Shown here: one piece after another, positions 1 to 13,752 of the stretch
How positions within the stretch are numbered: position 1 is the first letter of the stretch
Layout: every line of letters starts with the position of its first letter
Assembly (NCBI GenBank): GCA_002189035.1
Contig: NEEC01000002.1
Span: forward strand, 3,224,001 to 3,288,000
Source: Utricularia gibba
Taxonomy: Eukaryota; Plantae; Magnoliophyta
Reading direction: 5' to 3'
DNA length: 64,000 nt
Position numbers and translations under genes: made by a program
The notes under the pieces: model-generated
The model's database searches: none
What the model was told of the DNA's origin: nothing
Seen by the model: only the letters and a program-made list of their open reading frames with translations

Positions 1-2395
1 TATGTCATCGACCCCATGTATGGTGCTGGAATCAGTTTTTGGAGTGGAATCAGATGCATCTGGTTTCTCCTCCTGTTCGTATACAGCAGCAAACTTTGTC
101 CTGGCTTCAATTGTGTCCTTAGTAATAGCTGGATCATTGGATGAAGCCATATTACTTGTCTTTCCATTGCCTTCACCCCTCTTTCGCTTCAAAATCTCCT
201 GAAGAGATTTGGGGCCTTCAAATGATAGACCAGTTCCACCAGGTTGTTCCTCATTAGTCAAACGTTTCCTCTTCCCAAATTGCAGATCAGTTTGCGCCTG
301 CTCACTTGAGTAAGCACTTTTTCCGTTTTTCAGCTCAGAAAGGCTTTTTGGGGCAGGGAAGTCAGCATTACTGTGAAGTAAAGGGGACTCTCTTCTGCCA
401 TGGAAAACTGTGTGATCCCTGAGGCCATATGTAAAGGACTCTTCGTTCCCTGATTTTATCACCCCTCTCATTCTTGTGTGGGAGGAGGAAACGCCAACAG
501 GTTCAGCACCTCCAGATAAAATTGTGTTACCTGGAGACCGTGACCTCCTTGGAAGTTCAATTCTTCCACGAAGGCGGCCACCAAAAGAATTGCCACGAAA
601 GGAAGCATGACGCACATCCCTATGTTTATCCTGGTACACCTCTCGAGTTTGAATATCATAAGGCAGTTCATGGTTAATGACAGACCTTAAGCTGTTGGGC
701 TTCTTTGGCTTTATTAACCGACGCCTGAGATCCAAATCATCAATATGACTCAAGGTTCTTGACCGATTATATGGATTATTGTCATAGTAAGGGCCTCCGG
801 ACATTCTTTCATTCAAAGCTTGGTTTCGTTCTGAAGCAAGATGATGCTGTTCATGAGGATCATAATTCATGGAATCCTGATATCGTTCATCTTCCACACC
901 AGAAATCATGTAGTAGTCACTGGAGTGGCCAATATCTAACTCATTCCTGGCTTCATATTCCCCGGACATGCCATATCTGTCATCGCCAGCATAGTAATCA
1001 GGGTCTCTTCCCTCATCATCAACAAGGACATCAAACCCTGGAGATGGTTCTCTCGAGACTTCCTCTAAGTCCTTACCGTTCATGCCTTCAGTTTCACCCA
1101 TATGATGCAACTGTTGAGCACGATCAGGCCTTCCAACAGGGTTTCCATTGGAGATGGGGCGGCCAGGCCGATGCCCATTGGACTCATTTATATCAGCGGC
1201 TGAAAACGCATTTCTAAAAGGAGCAGGCACATCTTTGGTTAGTTTTTCTTGCGAGGCAGCGGTAATAGGTTTAGCAGCAGAAGCAGATAGAACCTTCTTA
1301 TCTAAAACCCTTTTTTGCATTCCGCTGGAACCTACTTTAACAACTGCATTCTCAGCAGCAAGAGCCGTTACTGGCACTGGCAAGACCTTGCTACCTGAGG
1401 AAATTGGCGCATGGAGAAACGGACACCAGTCACCTTTCATGCAATGCCCTTTCTTGAAAAACACACAAGGCACTGTTGCGGAATTTGGTACAAGGGGGAT
1501 GGCTGTGGTCACAGGACGTGGTGTGGAAGAAGAGGATCCAGTAGATGCGGCTACCTGATTTCCACGCAGCCCATCAAGAGGCTGAAGAAACATGATTTGA
1601 AAACAAATGAGTCGGCAAATTATCAACATAAGAGGAAAAAGAAAGCACTCATGCTTATTACACCAAAAACGTTTTGCGATAACTTATTTGGAAACGTTTT
1701 TTGTTTTTGGCTACACGTTGAAAAGACCATGCGGTATTGTGCAGGTTCTTAAGATTATAAAAATAATTTTAAAATCCCAAAGAAACAACAAAGTATTCAA
1801 ATCCTCCCAATATCAAATGCCTTACCGGATGCCTGAAAGCACACTTTGGGTTTAAGCATTTGCTCGTCTGCCAATACCAGCAGTCCCTGGGATTTAATCG
1901 TGCAACCTCACTGTGCCGGTAATCGCACTCATTTCCCTAAAAGAAATCAGGAAAAAAAATGTCCTAAGAAATGCCAACAGGAAATAAAAACCAAACTTCT
2001 ACACAAAAAACTCCGCAGTCTCGACTGGATTCGTAAATAATCGTTGAATTGATGATGCAAAAGCTATTCGGGCGATAGACAGGCCTAAGTAGAAATTTAG
2101 GTCATTGAAACGCATCTCCAGAGGCAAAATTCAGTAACCACGATCTCTAAATAAGAATACGAACAGATAAAACCCAAATCTATCCGAATCAAATCGCAAC
2201 AATCAACTCCAGTCGCACCAAAATTTGACGTCAAAAATCGAAACCAGCTGCATCCAGAATTAACAGAAGACGAAGCCGAAAAAGTACCTTTTTGCAGGTT
2301 AAAGGAGAAGCAAGAAAGTAAACGCAGTCAGTATTCCTCTTGATGGCTTCTTCTTCGGCAGATAGAGGCTGAGATTGGGACGTAGAGCTCGTCAT
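1..2395 (-). CDS. Zinc finger CCCH domain protein (At2g02160-like), 3' end outside the window
   Basis: Exons 2288-2395 (MTSSTSQSQPLSAEEEAIKRNTDCVYFLASPLTCKK), 1826-1936 (GNECDYRHSEVARLNPRDCWYWQTSKCLNPKCAFRHP) and 1-1581 (PLDG...VPCVFFKKGHCMKGDWCPFLH...DFPAPKSLSEL...SFEGPKSLQEILKRKRG). GT-AG introns in phase, three CCCH fingers; the frame appears open to base 1. Confidence 0.9.
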
Positions 2396-3403
2396 TTTTT
2401 TCCCAATACTACAAAACCTCAAAGAAATCTGGCTAGATCTAGAATCGGACGCGACAGCAGCAGTCCTCTCCTCCGCCGCGTCGAAGACGAATTGACGCCG
2501 CCGCCCCAAATCCGGAGAGAGAAAAGAAAGAGAGCGTACGAGAGGAGGCCGGAGGACGCGGTACGATTGGAGTGGATGGATCCATGGATCTCCCTCCCGT
2601 CTTCTATTTTTCTCCCTTTGGTTATAATTTTTAATTTATATTTTTAGGAAATAATGTAACATCATATATATATATATATAAGAAAACAGGCTTCCACTTT
2701 GCTCCAATGTGTCTCGATCTTAGTGGATGAATGTCCACGTTGTGGGTCCAGATCGAGTTATTAAGATATCCTCTTTGGTCCCTAATGTTGTTCTTCATGT
2801 AAAATAATTTCAATATATATTATTCAGATAATTCATACAAAATTACAATAGATTTTTAAATAAAATTATTTAAATCCAAGAAAGCTGCAAAAATTGTGAT
2901 GTAATAAATCAGTTGACAAACAAATCATGGAGCTTGCTTCTTTCTATCCTGTCCCTTGTCTTGGATTTGGAGGGTTTTCTAGCATAAAACTCTGTTTTGA
3001 ATTCCATATATTTATCATAGTTGGATAAATTTTTAATATCCGAAAAATCACGTTATTATGATTTCCATCTAATTTTAAAGGAATTTAGTCGATTTTTATT
3101 GAATTCAATTTTTGGACATATTCATATCGCTCAAATAATCATCTTGCAAAATTTCATTCATATGTAAAGTTAAAACATTAATACTATTAATTATTTTTTT
3201 AAAAAAAAAAATCAGCCTACCCAGCGGTTTCATGAATCCCTTCAGAGCTCGTTTTGCTTTCAGTTAGTTTTTAGTTTCCAGAATTTATATATAGCCACTG
3301 TACACCGTCCGTCGCTCTTCATTTCAGTTGTCGTCGTCGTCGTCTCCGCTACGAGGGACAACCGCATCCACATTCCACACACAAGCAGCCGAGGGAACTG
3401 AAA
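2396..3403. promoter_or_regulatory. About 1 kb divergent (head-to-head) intergenic/promoter region
   Basis: CCCH ATG at 2395 (minus) and AAA ATPase ATG at 3404 (plus), with an AT-rich core between them. Confidence 0.5.
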
Positions 3404-6400
3404 ATGGTGTCGACGAGGCGAAGTGCATCTCCGTCGTCGAATAATAGTAAGCGATCGTCCTCGCCTTCTGCCGAAGATGTCAAGAAAACTTCTTCTCCAA
3501 AGCGTCCTAAGGTATTCTGTTCTTCTTGGATCTCCGTTCCTTCCTTTTCAACAAACAAATAAATTCTTGGATTTCTTTTCTTTGTAGATTTCAGATACTA
3601 ATGCGGATGTTGAACGCTTTCTCGTTGTATTTGTTCTTGATGAAAACACACACAAAAACTAAAATTCTGTGCAGGGTGAGAGCGCCAACGCCAATGTCAA
3701 CAGTGATAACCTGAAGCCTTCGGACCCTGTTCTGGCAAAGAATACAATGAAAATCAGTTCGACTGACTTACCAGATCTTCCAGATACTTCTACCGCGCCG
3801 GAAACAGAGGCCGCGACTCCTTCCTCCGTGCCATCCATTTTTGTTTCGAACCCAGTGATCGGCGAAGGTTCAGTTGATAGTTGTCAATTATGCAGAAATC
3901 TGTTAATATAGCTTTTATAGGTTTATTTCTTGCGCGAAAACGATTGCAAATTGGCATAATTTGAAAATTCAGGGGATAAGCCGAGGGGCTCATTCTCTTC
4001 ATCGAAGCATCTGAAAGGTTATGAAACGAAATCCCCTTGGTGTAGGCTCCTGTCGGTGTCACCGCAGGTGGTTTTTATTTTTCTATGTATTCGAGCAAGC
4101 AGACCTCCGTATTGTAATTTTTAAATTGGTTGGAGTTTTATTTAAGCCAAGTAGTTGTAAGAAACACTGTGCTCTTGCAGAGGGAAAGTGTTTCTGTGTT
4201 TGCGATCAATTTTTTGGTGGGATCATGCAAACAGGCTAACCTCTCTATTAGAGATCAGACTATTAGTGGATACTTGTGTTGCCTAACACTCTCGCAGGTA
4301 GTTCTTCTTTTGTTGTGCTATTTCCGTGTGATTATACTGAAGGAAGCACCTGGAGGTGCTTGATCAGTCATTCACGCAACATTCTTGTGATTACAATTTT
4401 GTGATCCAACGAATTGCAAGAAAGGGATACTAACCTCAAAAAAAAAAAAAAAATAGTGCTTTCATTTTTTTCATTGTTGGAGTTTTAGATAGCTTACTTA
4501 TTGTATTGCACTATTCATGCTATATGTTTTGGTATTTTTTGTGTGCAAACAATAAGCATGACGATAAGGCTGTTGCGGTTCTTGATTATTGTGGTACCAA
4601 AGGACGTGTAAAAGTCAATGGGAAATCAATAAAGAGAGACACTGTCTGTAATCTGAAATCTGGAGATGAGCTGGTTTTTGGCATTCTTGAAAGCCATGCT
4701 TACGTATTGTTCTAACTCCTGGACTGCTCTTTTCTTTCTTTCTTTCCTTTTCAGTAGATCCTAGGTTAAATGTGATTTATATTCCTGATTTTATGCTCAG
4801 ATATTTCAACAACTGCCTTATGATGGTATAATCAAGCCAAGTAATCCAGATATTTCTACTAAAGTTGGAAAAGCTGTTCAAGTTGAGAGCCAAACAGGAG
4901 ATGCATTAGCCGTTGTTGGTGCTTCAATACCGGGGTCTCTGTGCAACATCCGGTCAGATTTATCATGTCATGGTGGTCAGAAAGCACATTCTTCAACAAA
5001 TTTAGGCAATGAAACCTCAACCAATGCTGTGGCTACTAGAAAGAACATCATTTTTGGTCAAAATGTAGAAATTTGTATGGAGGTAAGCAGTATTCACTGT
5101 TGGAAAATTTCATTGAGAATTCAACATTTACTTTAATGGATGTAGTGAATTAAGTGCATGATTACTGGCCTATGAAATATGCTTTTTCCTTCCATTTAAA
5201 ACGTGTAAAATACTATTTGTTAATAGCAGTGTGAACATTTGCTTAACTTTCCCAGTCATCTTTTAGACAGCGCCCATATTTCTTTTAATTTTATTTCGTC
5301 ATCACACCTCCATGTGAAAATATACTGCATTTTCTCATTCCTTTTAGCTTCTTCTTTTCAGCGGTATACAACCTAAAGCTTTTGTTAGATTCGAAACTAC
5401 TTATTGTGGATGACTGATATCACAATGTAGGGGGGAAGGGATTGGCATGAACCTGCCTATTCTGGATCTGGGATTTCATCTACAAAGGCTTCAGCATTTA
5501 AAGAGAAAATGCATGCAGCAATTCTAGATGGGCAGGACATACAAGTTTCATTTGACAATTTTCCTTATTACTTAAGGTTGTTTCATCCAATTTAGTAGCA
5601 CACACTAGAATGAGGCTTTGCCTCTCAATGTGGAGCTAACTCATGTAAATATTTAGCTTTTTTTCTGCATAGCTCATTATCAGAGCACATGGCACTTGCA
5701 TGATATTTGTATTAATACTTACCCTGTCTCTTAAAATGCAGTGAAAGCACGAAAGATGTGCTGATTGCTGCAACGTTAATACAACTCAAGCACAAGGAGC
5801 ATGTTAAATTTACATGGGCGCTTCCAAATCTAAATCCAAGAATCTTGCTTTCTGGTCCAGAAGGTATTTAATCTTCCATTTGTTTTTTGGAACATGGGTT
5901 TTTCCGTCATGAAAGCCATTAGAACGTGTTCATTATTTTTCAGGGTCTGAAATTTATCAAGAGATGTTGGCAAAAGCTCTTGCTCACTTTTTCCAGGCTA
6001 AGTTGCTCATCTTTGACAGACACTCCTTTGTTGTAGTAAGTTTGGTCCCCGTTAACTGCTAGTATTGTAGCTGATTTTTACTGTTGAGTCTCAAAATTTC
6101 CATTCACTGCATGTCCAGCTTGTCAACTTCGCTTGATGACTGAGATAACTTTCATTGATACATTGTTGTTGCCCATTTATATCATTGAACTTTAGAAAAT
6201 GGAAGGTTTTTTAATGGTGGAAGTTGAATCTCCCGGTAATTGCTTAAGAAAAATACATGATTATCACACTTCACATAGATTTGATTTTGTTGGTTACTCT
6301 GGTTCAACAGAACCCTGCAAAGGATTCTGAGCTCATAGAGATAATCAATCCTGAAAAAGTTTCAGAGGCTAGAAAACAGGTTCTTGATTGCACAGATGTT

Positions 6401-9400
6401 GCTAAGGATGTTGGGATTCATTTAGGGATAGACTCACATACTAATATAGAAATTGTAAACACGCCTTCTACAATGGGCGGTGCTAAAAGCCTTTCATTCA
6501 GAGCTGGTATTGCTTCCTGTCCTCCTGCGTTTACAGGATGACTTCAGATGAGTATATCTTCGACCATTAACCAAAAAGAAGTTCATTGGAAATTACAGGT
6601 GATCGAGTCAAGTTTGTTGGGGCAAATTCTGGTGCTTTCGGTGATAGTTCTTCCAGGTAATGGTGATGCATACTCATCTTGGTTTGTTATAAATTAGATA
6701 TGACTTAAACTAATCTTGATATTCCTGACCATTTTTAAGGGATTTTGTGCAATTCGAACCATTTCAAATGTTGCTTTATTCTACTTGTCTGCGCAAGTAT
6801 TGTTCACCTGTTAACTATCAAAAAAATAAAATCCTAAAGTGGTTTAATTTTTTGTGGCATATTTGTAAATGCTTTTTGATCTCAAGTCATGTTTGGTTAA
6901 CCTTAAACCCCTTAATCAGATAATTATTTTGTTTATTTCTTGTTATTTCTTTTGTAATCCTTTATTCATTTTGAAGACCTATTTGAGATTGAGATCAGAA
7001 GTTTTTTTTAGGTTCTTTGCTATATTCCACCTCTCCCACAAATTTCATTGCAAAAATATTTACTTCTTCATTGAACATTCCTTTTATTTTTCTTGTTCCT
7101 CCGAGTTCATGTGGTAGAGAATTTGATGCTGCCTCAAGGTAGTTTCTTATGCTTTCCTGGGTTTAGTAATAGTAGTAGATGAATCATATAGCTCGATCTA
7201 GTTTTATTGTTTAGTTATATTTACTGGCGTTATGGTCTCTAATAGAGAGATTGATAATAAATGAGTAAATTGGCTAGCATAAGTCTTGCTTATCATCTGC
7301 TGCACAAGTTTTCTGTACATTAGACCTCGACCTACCTTGGATACTGGGCTTCTTCATTATTTAAGCAGAAAAGGGATTCCATGATTACTTTTATGTTTTG
7401 TATTTTCGCTTAGAGTGTATATGCATGTGTACTCCTAAGGTCATTACTTGACACTTCTGTGTTTAGGGGGCCTACTCCTGGAATGCGAGGGAAGGTGGTT
7501 TTACCTTTTGAAGATAACCTGGCATCCAAAATTGGTGTAAGATTTGACAATTCAGTGCGAGATGGTGTTGACTTGGGGGTCTCTGTGACAGAGGTTTTGG
7601 GTTCTTCTGCAATGGTAACACATACTTTCACCATGTTTTGATGTCGTAATTTTTTCTCTTACTTCTAATTTTAACAATTTTTTCATGTTTCAGCCTCTGA
7701 GCTTCGTGTTGATACTTCAAGTGAGGAGGATTTGGACAAATTGTTGATTAACACTATGTTTCAGGTGAGAAACCTATCATAAAACTCATGGCCATAACTT
7801 GCCTTGTATAGCTTGCACGTCACTTGGGTTGTAATGTGTTTCTCTCTGCATCTCTAGGTTGTGTTTCGCATTAGCCAAGATTCCCCTTTCATTTTATTCA
7901 TGAAAGATGCAGAAAAGTTCATGGCTGGAAATTTTGAAATGCATGCAATATTTAAGGCCAAGTTGGAGAACCTTCCTAGTAATGTTGTGATTATTTGTTC
8001 ACAAACTAAGAGTGACATTCCTCAAGAAAAGGTAAAAAAATATTGATCGCATTTACATTTACACTCAATTACTTGTATATTTTGCAAGCATACTTCTTGT
8101 ATTGAATGTGTTCAAGTTTTGATATTGAACATCATGCTCTAGTCAATGTAAAATGTGTCGTAATTTAACTTATTTGTTTTGCAATATTTATCTAGATGCT
8201 TATGGTGAGTACGTGTATCTTTTGGAATTATTGGTGATCATTATCCCAGTTCATTTGCTTTATCTGCCTCGCTTTTATGTCGTCTAGCCATTGTGTTGTT
8301 GTGTTTAAAGTTTGACAGATAATATTACATGGGTTTTTAATTTCCTTAGTTATCATTTCGTTTTCTTGCAGCCTGATTCAGGTATGCTTTTCACAAATGG
8401 TGGCACTAATCAAGCTACCTTGATTAACATGGCTTTCCCTGTAAGTTTTTAGTTATAAATTTCTTCTATTGTAATGGTAATTCTTTTTTAGCATCTTTGA
8501 GATTTTAATCTGTTTGGATCTCTTGTCTGGCATGAAGGTTAAATTTTAACTTTATGAACATTCTCAAGAAACCTTGCCCCATATGAAAGTACACCGTCTA
8601 ACACAACCTAGGAACTGGGGATAGTTCTCGTCTTAATGTTTTTTTTTTTTAATGTACCACAAGGGTTTTTCTAGGATTGTCCATGTGTAAACTGTTCTCC
8701 TATTTCATGTTGCCATTTTACCATATCCAGAACTGGTTGTTGTTTACGCATGCAATTTTACAAAAGGAGGTATTATCTAACATTGGACTCGCAGCTCATA
8801 AAGTTGTCTAATTGCATGCGTAATTTGCAAATGCATGCTATTTTTATGAACTCAGGTTAAGTTCGGGTGCTTCAAAGATAGATCTAAAGATGTTACCAAG
8901 GCAACTACGTATCTGTCCAAACTTTTTCCCAATCAAGTGATGATTAACATCCCACAGGTTCTTTCAGAACTTCCTGCATTTATACCTTCAATTAAGTTTT
9001 CCTGATGTGTATTTATTCCGCAGGATGAAGCAATCTTGACCAGATGGAAGCAGCAGTTGAACCGTGATGCTGAAACATTAAGAGTTAAGATGAACCTGAA
9101 TCATTTGCGATTGGTGAGGAATTTTTTTTTCCCCTGCATATGACACACTGTTGATTTTCTCCAATTTTGGTCATAATTTCTTAATTTTTTGTCATGGCAT
9201 GTGACTCTGTGAATGCTGTCAAAAAATAGTGCCATGCAAAAAGACAAAAGTGTCTACATTCAGGACTTGTTAATCACTCTTATGAGATGTTGTTTTGTAT
9301 TTCTAAGTTGCCAAGAATTTGTAAATCAGTTAGAAGATTAATTTTCTTATTGTACCTTTCACTTGAACTTAAGATTTGCATGATGTATCCGCAATCCCAG

Positions 9401-12400
9401 GTTCTACATCGCAATGGGCTGGAGTGTGATGGTCTTGAAAGCTTGAAAATCAAGGATCAGACACTTACAAATGAGAGTAAGCTCATTATCTTGGTTTCTG
9501 TATATGTTGTCATTTCCCCGTACTGAAAGCTTGCTGCTGCGTCTTCACTTACTTTAGTACAGTAATAGTTGCTTCTAGTGCGGGTAGTGGCATGCCTATT
9601 CTAATTAATAAAGAAGATATTGGAAATTATCTTCTGGTTTAATGTAAGACTTCATTGGTGTTGCAAGGGAAGTCAGGTTTTTAAATCATGGTGCATCCGC
9701 CAAATGAGAACAAACTATGTGAACAAAGTTTATTTGGAATTTTGAAAATATTTTGTAGGTGCGGAGAAGGTAGTTGGATGGGCTGTCAGCCATCAAATAC
9801 TGGAAAACTCTGAAGCTGATACCACTGCAAGGCTTGCTTTGTCTACATATAGGTAATTTTAGTTTATTTGGGCTTGTTTTGTTTTCTATGGTAGAAATTA
9901 TTACTTGATAATTTGATCAGTTTTCCCAATATCAGCATTCAACATGGTATTGGAATGCTAGATGCAATTCTGAATGACACTAAGAGTTTAAAGAAGTCCA
10001 TGCAGGTACTGTTTATTGTTTTAAGACAAGACTGAGTTTGATTAAATATTTTTGTAGTTGATTTGTAATACATGCTTATCTATTAACCTGCACAGGATGT
10101 TATTACTGAAAATGGATTTGAGAAGAGGCTTTTAGCTGATGTAATTCCTCCAGATGATATTGGGGTGACATTTGATGACATAGGAGCACTAGAAAATGTT
10201 AAAGATACTCTAAAAGAATTGGTTATGCTTCCCTTACAGAGGCCAGAACTTTTTTGTAAGGGACAGTTGACTAAGGTTAGTTCTCTTTTCCGCTAACGCA
10301 CATTAGAAAATTGCAAAGCATTCAGTTAAGCTTGTAGAGCACCTTCTTCTTTGTCAAGCGAATAGGCATTGAAAACATTCCTTGCTTTTTCTTTTTCCTT
10401 TTTAGTATGTTTCTGCTTAGTCAGGTTACTGTACATGAACCTTCAGCTCTATGACGCACCCTTATTCTTCTTGGAAGTTCTTGGTACTAGGGGCATAAGA
10501 TCTGGCGTTAAGCATTCCTGACCTAGTGCTGTAGATCTATTCAACAATTATTTCCATTGCTGCTGCTTTTGCTCATTAGTCTTGCATGTTACTGGGAAGC
10601 ACCGTATTTCTTTATCTCGCCTTGTGGGTTTTGTTTGGTTAGCCTAGATGACATGGATTAGACTGAGAATTATCAGCTGCAAAACTTCATCGCCCTGTTA
10701 TTGTCTCTTCTTATTTGGTATGGCATATTCTGTCAGTGTCTCTCTTTACTGTGCTTCATCAATTTCCTGTCTGCTACAATCTCTACCAATTAAATTAGCT
10801 TTTATCCAAATTTGTGTTTCTCTGAGTCTCATCAGCACTGCCTGTAGCATAAGCATCTGTTGTATTTGTTTCTCGCAGTCATGCAAGGGTATACTTTTGT
10901 TTGGCCCCCTGGAACTGGAAAGACCATGCTTGCGAAGGCAGTTGCCACTGAGGCTGGTGCAAATTTCATCAACATTTCATTGTCCAGCATTAGTTCAAAG
11001 GTATCTTGGTTGATGTTGGGATTGAATTTGGAAGTTTTACATAATGGCTTAACTGAGCTTGTATAACAACATATGTCTCTTTTTCACAAGTGGTTTGGTG
11101 AGGGAGAGAAATTTGTCAAGGCTGTCTTTTCGCTAGCCAGCAAGATTGCCCCAACCGTTATATTTGTTGATGAGGTAGGATTGACATTTTTTTAGGGACA
11201 GTCTCATGCAATCTTGCACTTCTGTTTCATAAATTCCATTTTTGGCGTGGTTTTCTACCTTTTTTGTGAAGGCTGATAGTATTCTTGGGACGAGGGAGAA
11301 CCCTGGGGAACATGAGGCATCGCGTAAAATTAAAAATGAGTTCATGATCAATTGGGATGGGCTTCGAACAAAAGATACTGAGCGCATTTTGGTGCTTGCT
11401 GCAACAAACAGGCCTTTTGACCTAGATGAGGCAGTAATCAGACGTCTACCACGCAGGTAAAATCAAGATGGAAAATGTGTTGATGGTCTTCTCATTTTAC
11501 TAATTCGCAAGGTACACCTTTTTTTCAAGGCGTAAAAAATATCTTACTCTCTGAACAGTTACCAGATAGCATGTACAAAGGTGTTGGGATTGAAGTATCC
11601 ACAATGTTTCTTTCCCTGTTTCGAGAAGATGATGATGTGTTGTAATAGCTCTCTTTCAATGTTCAGATTAATGGTCAACTTGCCAGACGCTGTTAACAGA
11701 GCTAAGATCCTCAAGGTGGTACTTGCAAAGGAGGACCTTTCCCCTGATTTAGATCTGGATTCTGTGGCGAATATGACTGAAGGCTACTCTGGAAGTGATC
11801 TCAAGGTTGTATTCAAATAATGCTGTTTATTGGTTTGCGAGCCTTTGGGAAATCCTTTATATTTTCCTTTGCTCCTTCAGAATTTGTGCGTGGCAGCTGC
11901 ACATCGCCCTATTAGAGAGATACTGGAAAAAGAGAAAAAGGTACGTGCCCATGGCGTTGCCCTACTTAGTCATTAACAAGTGCGAATATAAGAAGTTCTT
12001 GGCTTGCATGTCTTATTGCTTTTTATTCCAACATCTTAATCCATCAACCCAACTGAAGTTCTAATTTGTTGGCGCCTTGCTCGTATGGAATGCTTACAGA
12101 GTTTTCATTTTCCATCTGGATATGTTGTCGACAGGAGCGAGATGCTGCTCTTTCTGAAGGCAGACCTCCACCTCCTGTCAGTGGTGTTGATGATATTAGA
12201 CCACTGAACATTGAGGATTTCAAGTTTGCTCGTGAGACAGTGAGTTCACACGGGTTTCTTCTATTGTGTTTGCAATTTTCGAGTTCTCTTATGCACTGCG
12301 TTGTTTATCAGGTGTCTGCAAGTGTATCATCAGAGGCAGTAAACATGGGACAGCTTCTTCAGTGGAACGAACAGTATGGTGAAGGTGGGACCCGCCAGAT

Positions 12401-12425
12401 CAGATCTCTCAGCTACATCATGTGA
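3404..12425 (+). CDS. FHA-domain AAA-type ATPase (plant Msp1/ATAD1-related, At4g24860/At1g62130/At1g02890 family), with two 1-nt frameshifts as assembled
   Basis: Many GT-AG exons: [10 protein letters not shown] start, PWCRLLS and FHA exons (4.0-4.7 kb), [51 protein letters not shown], Walker A G(P)[11 protein letters not shown], Walker [37 protein letters not shown], stop at 12425. Frameshifts at about 7575 and 10905. Confidence 0.92.
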
Positions 12426-13329
12426 ACATGTGCGAGGCTGCAGCACTGTACATTGAAAAGTATAGGTTTCCATCGTAAGCTCTCTCTTTTGTTTCTGGGA
12501 AATTCAATAGGTCATAGAATAGCCTGGGAAATCATGTCAATAATAGCCGCTGCTCTTTCCTCTGTTCTTACTCGTTGCGAAACATAGAAAAACAAGGAAC
12601 CCTGAGTCGTTGTTCTGTTCTGTCCAAGCTTGAATTTGGTGGATTTAACTCAAAAAGATGGGCTGTTTTGAAACAGCTTCCACAAAGCCGGATTTTGTTG
12701 TTTTTGGTTGTTTATTGTTGGAACCGTAAGGTGCCCTGATTCAACCATTTCACATCTTCCGGTAAGTGCAGAGTGGTGTATTATTCACCTCCTTCATGTC
12801 ACTGCTGACAGAGGAGCGAGCGATCTCACAATTCCATCCATCCATCCATCCCCATGGGACAAGAAGAAGAAGACCCATGAGGTTCCTCCAAGCGTAACCA
12901 GAGGCTGGCTGCTCAACTAAGCAGACTCGCCCCTCACATGGGTGACGTAATGTGGCTCTTTGAGAAGATGGTTTCCCTCTAAAACAAACAGCAAGCATAC
13001 AAATGGATCGGGAGGCAAAAGTAGAAAGCCTCCACCACCACTAATCCCCACATCTTACTTTTTAGTTCTTTTGAAGGGAGGGGTCAAAAAAGAGTCTTTA
13101 ATACCGAAAACGTCATTTCTTTAATAATATCGGATAATACTACACATTTAGTAATAACTGATAGTCTTTGAAATAAATTAATGTATTTTGAGGGCAATAA
13201 AAAGGGCCGGTATATTGAGATTGAACCGGGTCCGTTGAACACGTGTGTGAGTATGAGTCGCGGCCTGGTTATAAATTCCCCCCCGCATGTCCATTGCCAT
13301 TGTATTTGCTTTGTGTTTGCATTGTGTCC

Positions 13330-13752
13330 ATGGGAATGGAAGAAAAGCACTCCATCTTCTCTCCTCCTCTGGACTTGAAGCTCTCCATCAGCCTTCCTCC
13401 ATCAAACTACAACTGCCCGCCCCCGCCAGACCCGGCGATGAAGAAGAAGGAAGTGACTCTGGAGGACGTGAGGCTGCAGGCGGCGGAGCAGATGCGGCTG
13501 GCGGAGGCGGAGAAGGCGTACGCGGAGCGCGTGATGGAGCTCACGAGGAGGGAAATGGAGCTCGCGCGTGAAGAGTATGCACGCGCCGCCGCGCTGTGGG
13601 AGCGGGCAAGAAGGGAGGTGGAGAAGGCTGAGCGATTGGCTGCTGCCGCTATTCTGAAGAGGAATAACCCTCAGGACTCCATGTGCCTGGACTTGGCTTG
13701 CCTCTCCTGCAGAACCAAGTTCACAATCCATCAAACCCTCAGGAAGCAATAG
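13330..13752 (+). CDS. Small intronless IDD14/15/16 (SGR5)-C-terminus-like protein lacking the C2H2 ID domain
   Basis: 140-aa GC-rich ORF: LDLKLSI (EAR-like), then the coiled coil LQAAEQMRLAEAEKAYAERVMELTRREMELAREEYARA...ARREVEKAE, then CLDLACLSCRTKF. This matches the C-terminal block of SGR5-clade IDD proteins as I recall it. Confidence 0.8.
   Translation: MGMEEKHSIFSPPLDLKLSISLPPSNYNCPPPPDPAMKKKEVTLEDVRLQAAEQMRLAEAEKAYAERVMELTRREMELAREEYARAAALWERARREVEKAERLAAAAILKRNNPQDSMCLDLACLSCRTKFTIHQTLRKQ

Noticed and set aside
759-1752. Plus-strand ORFs of 113-152 aa
   Set aside because: They are antisense shadows of the long CCCH exon.
12790-12830. CTGACAGAGGAGCGAGC resembling miR156
   Set aside because: Several mismatches and no complementary star arm.
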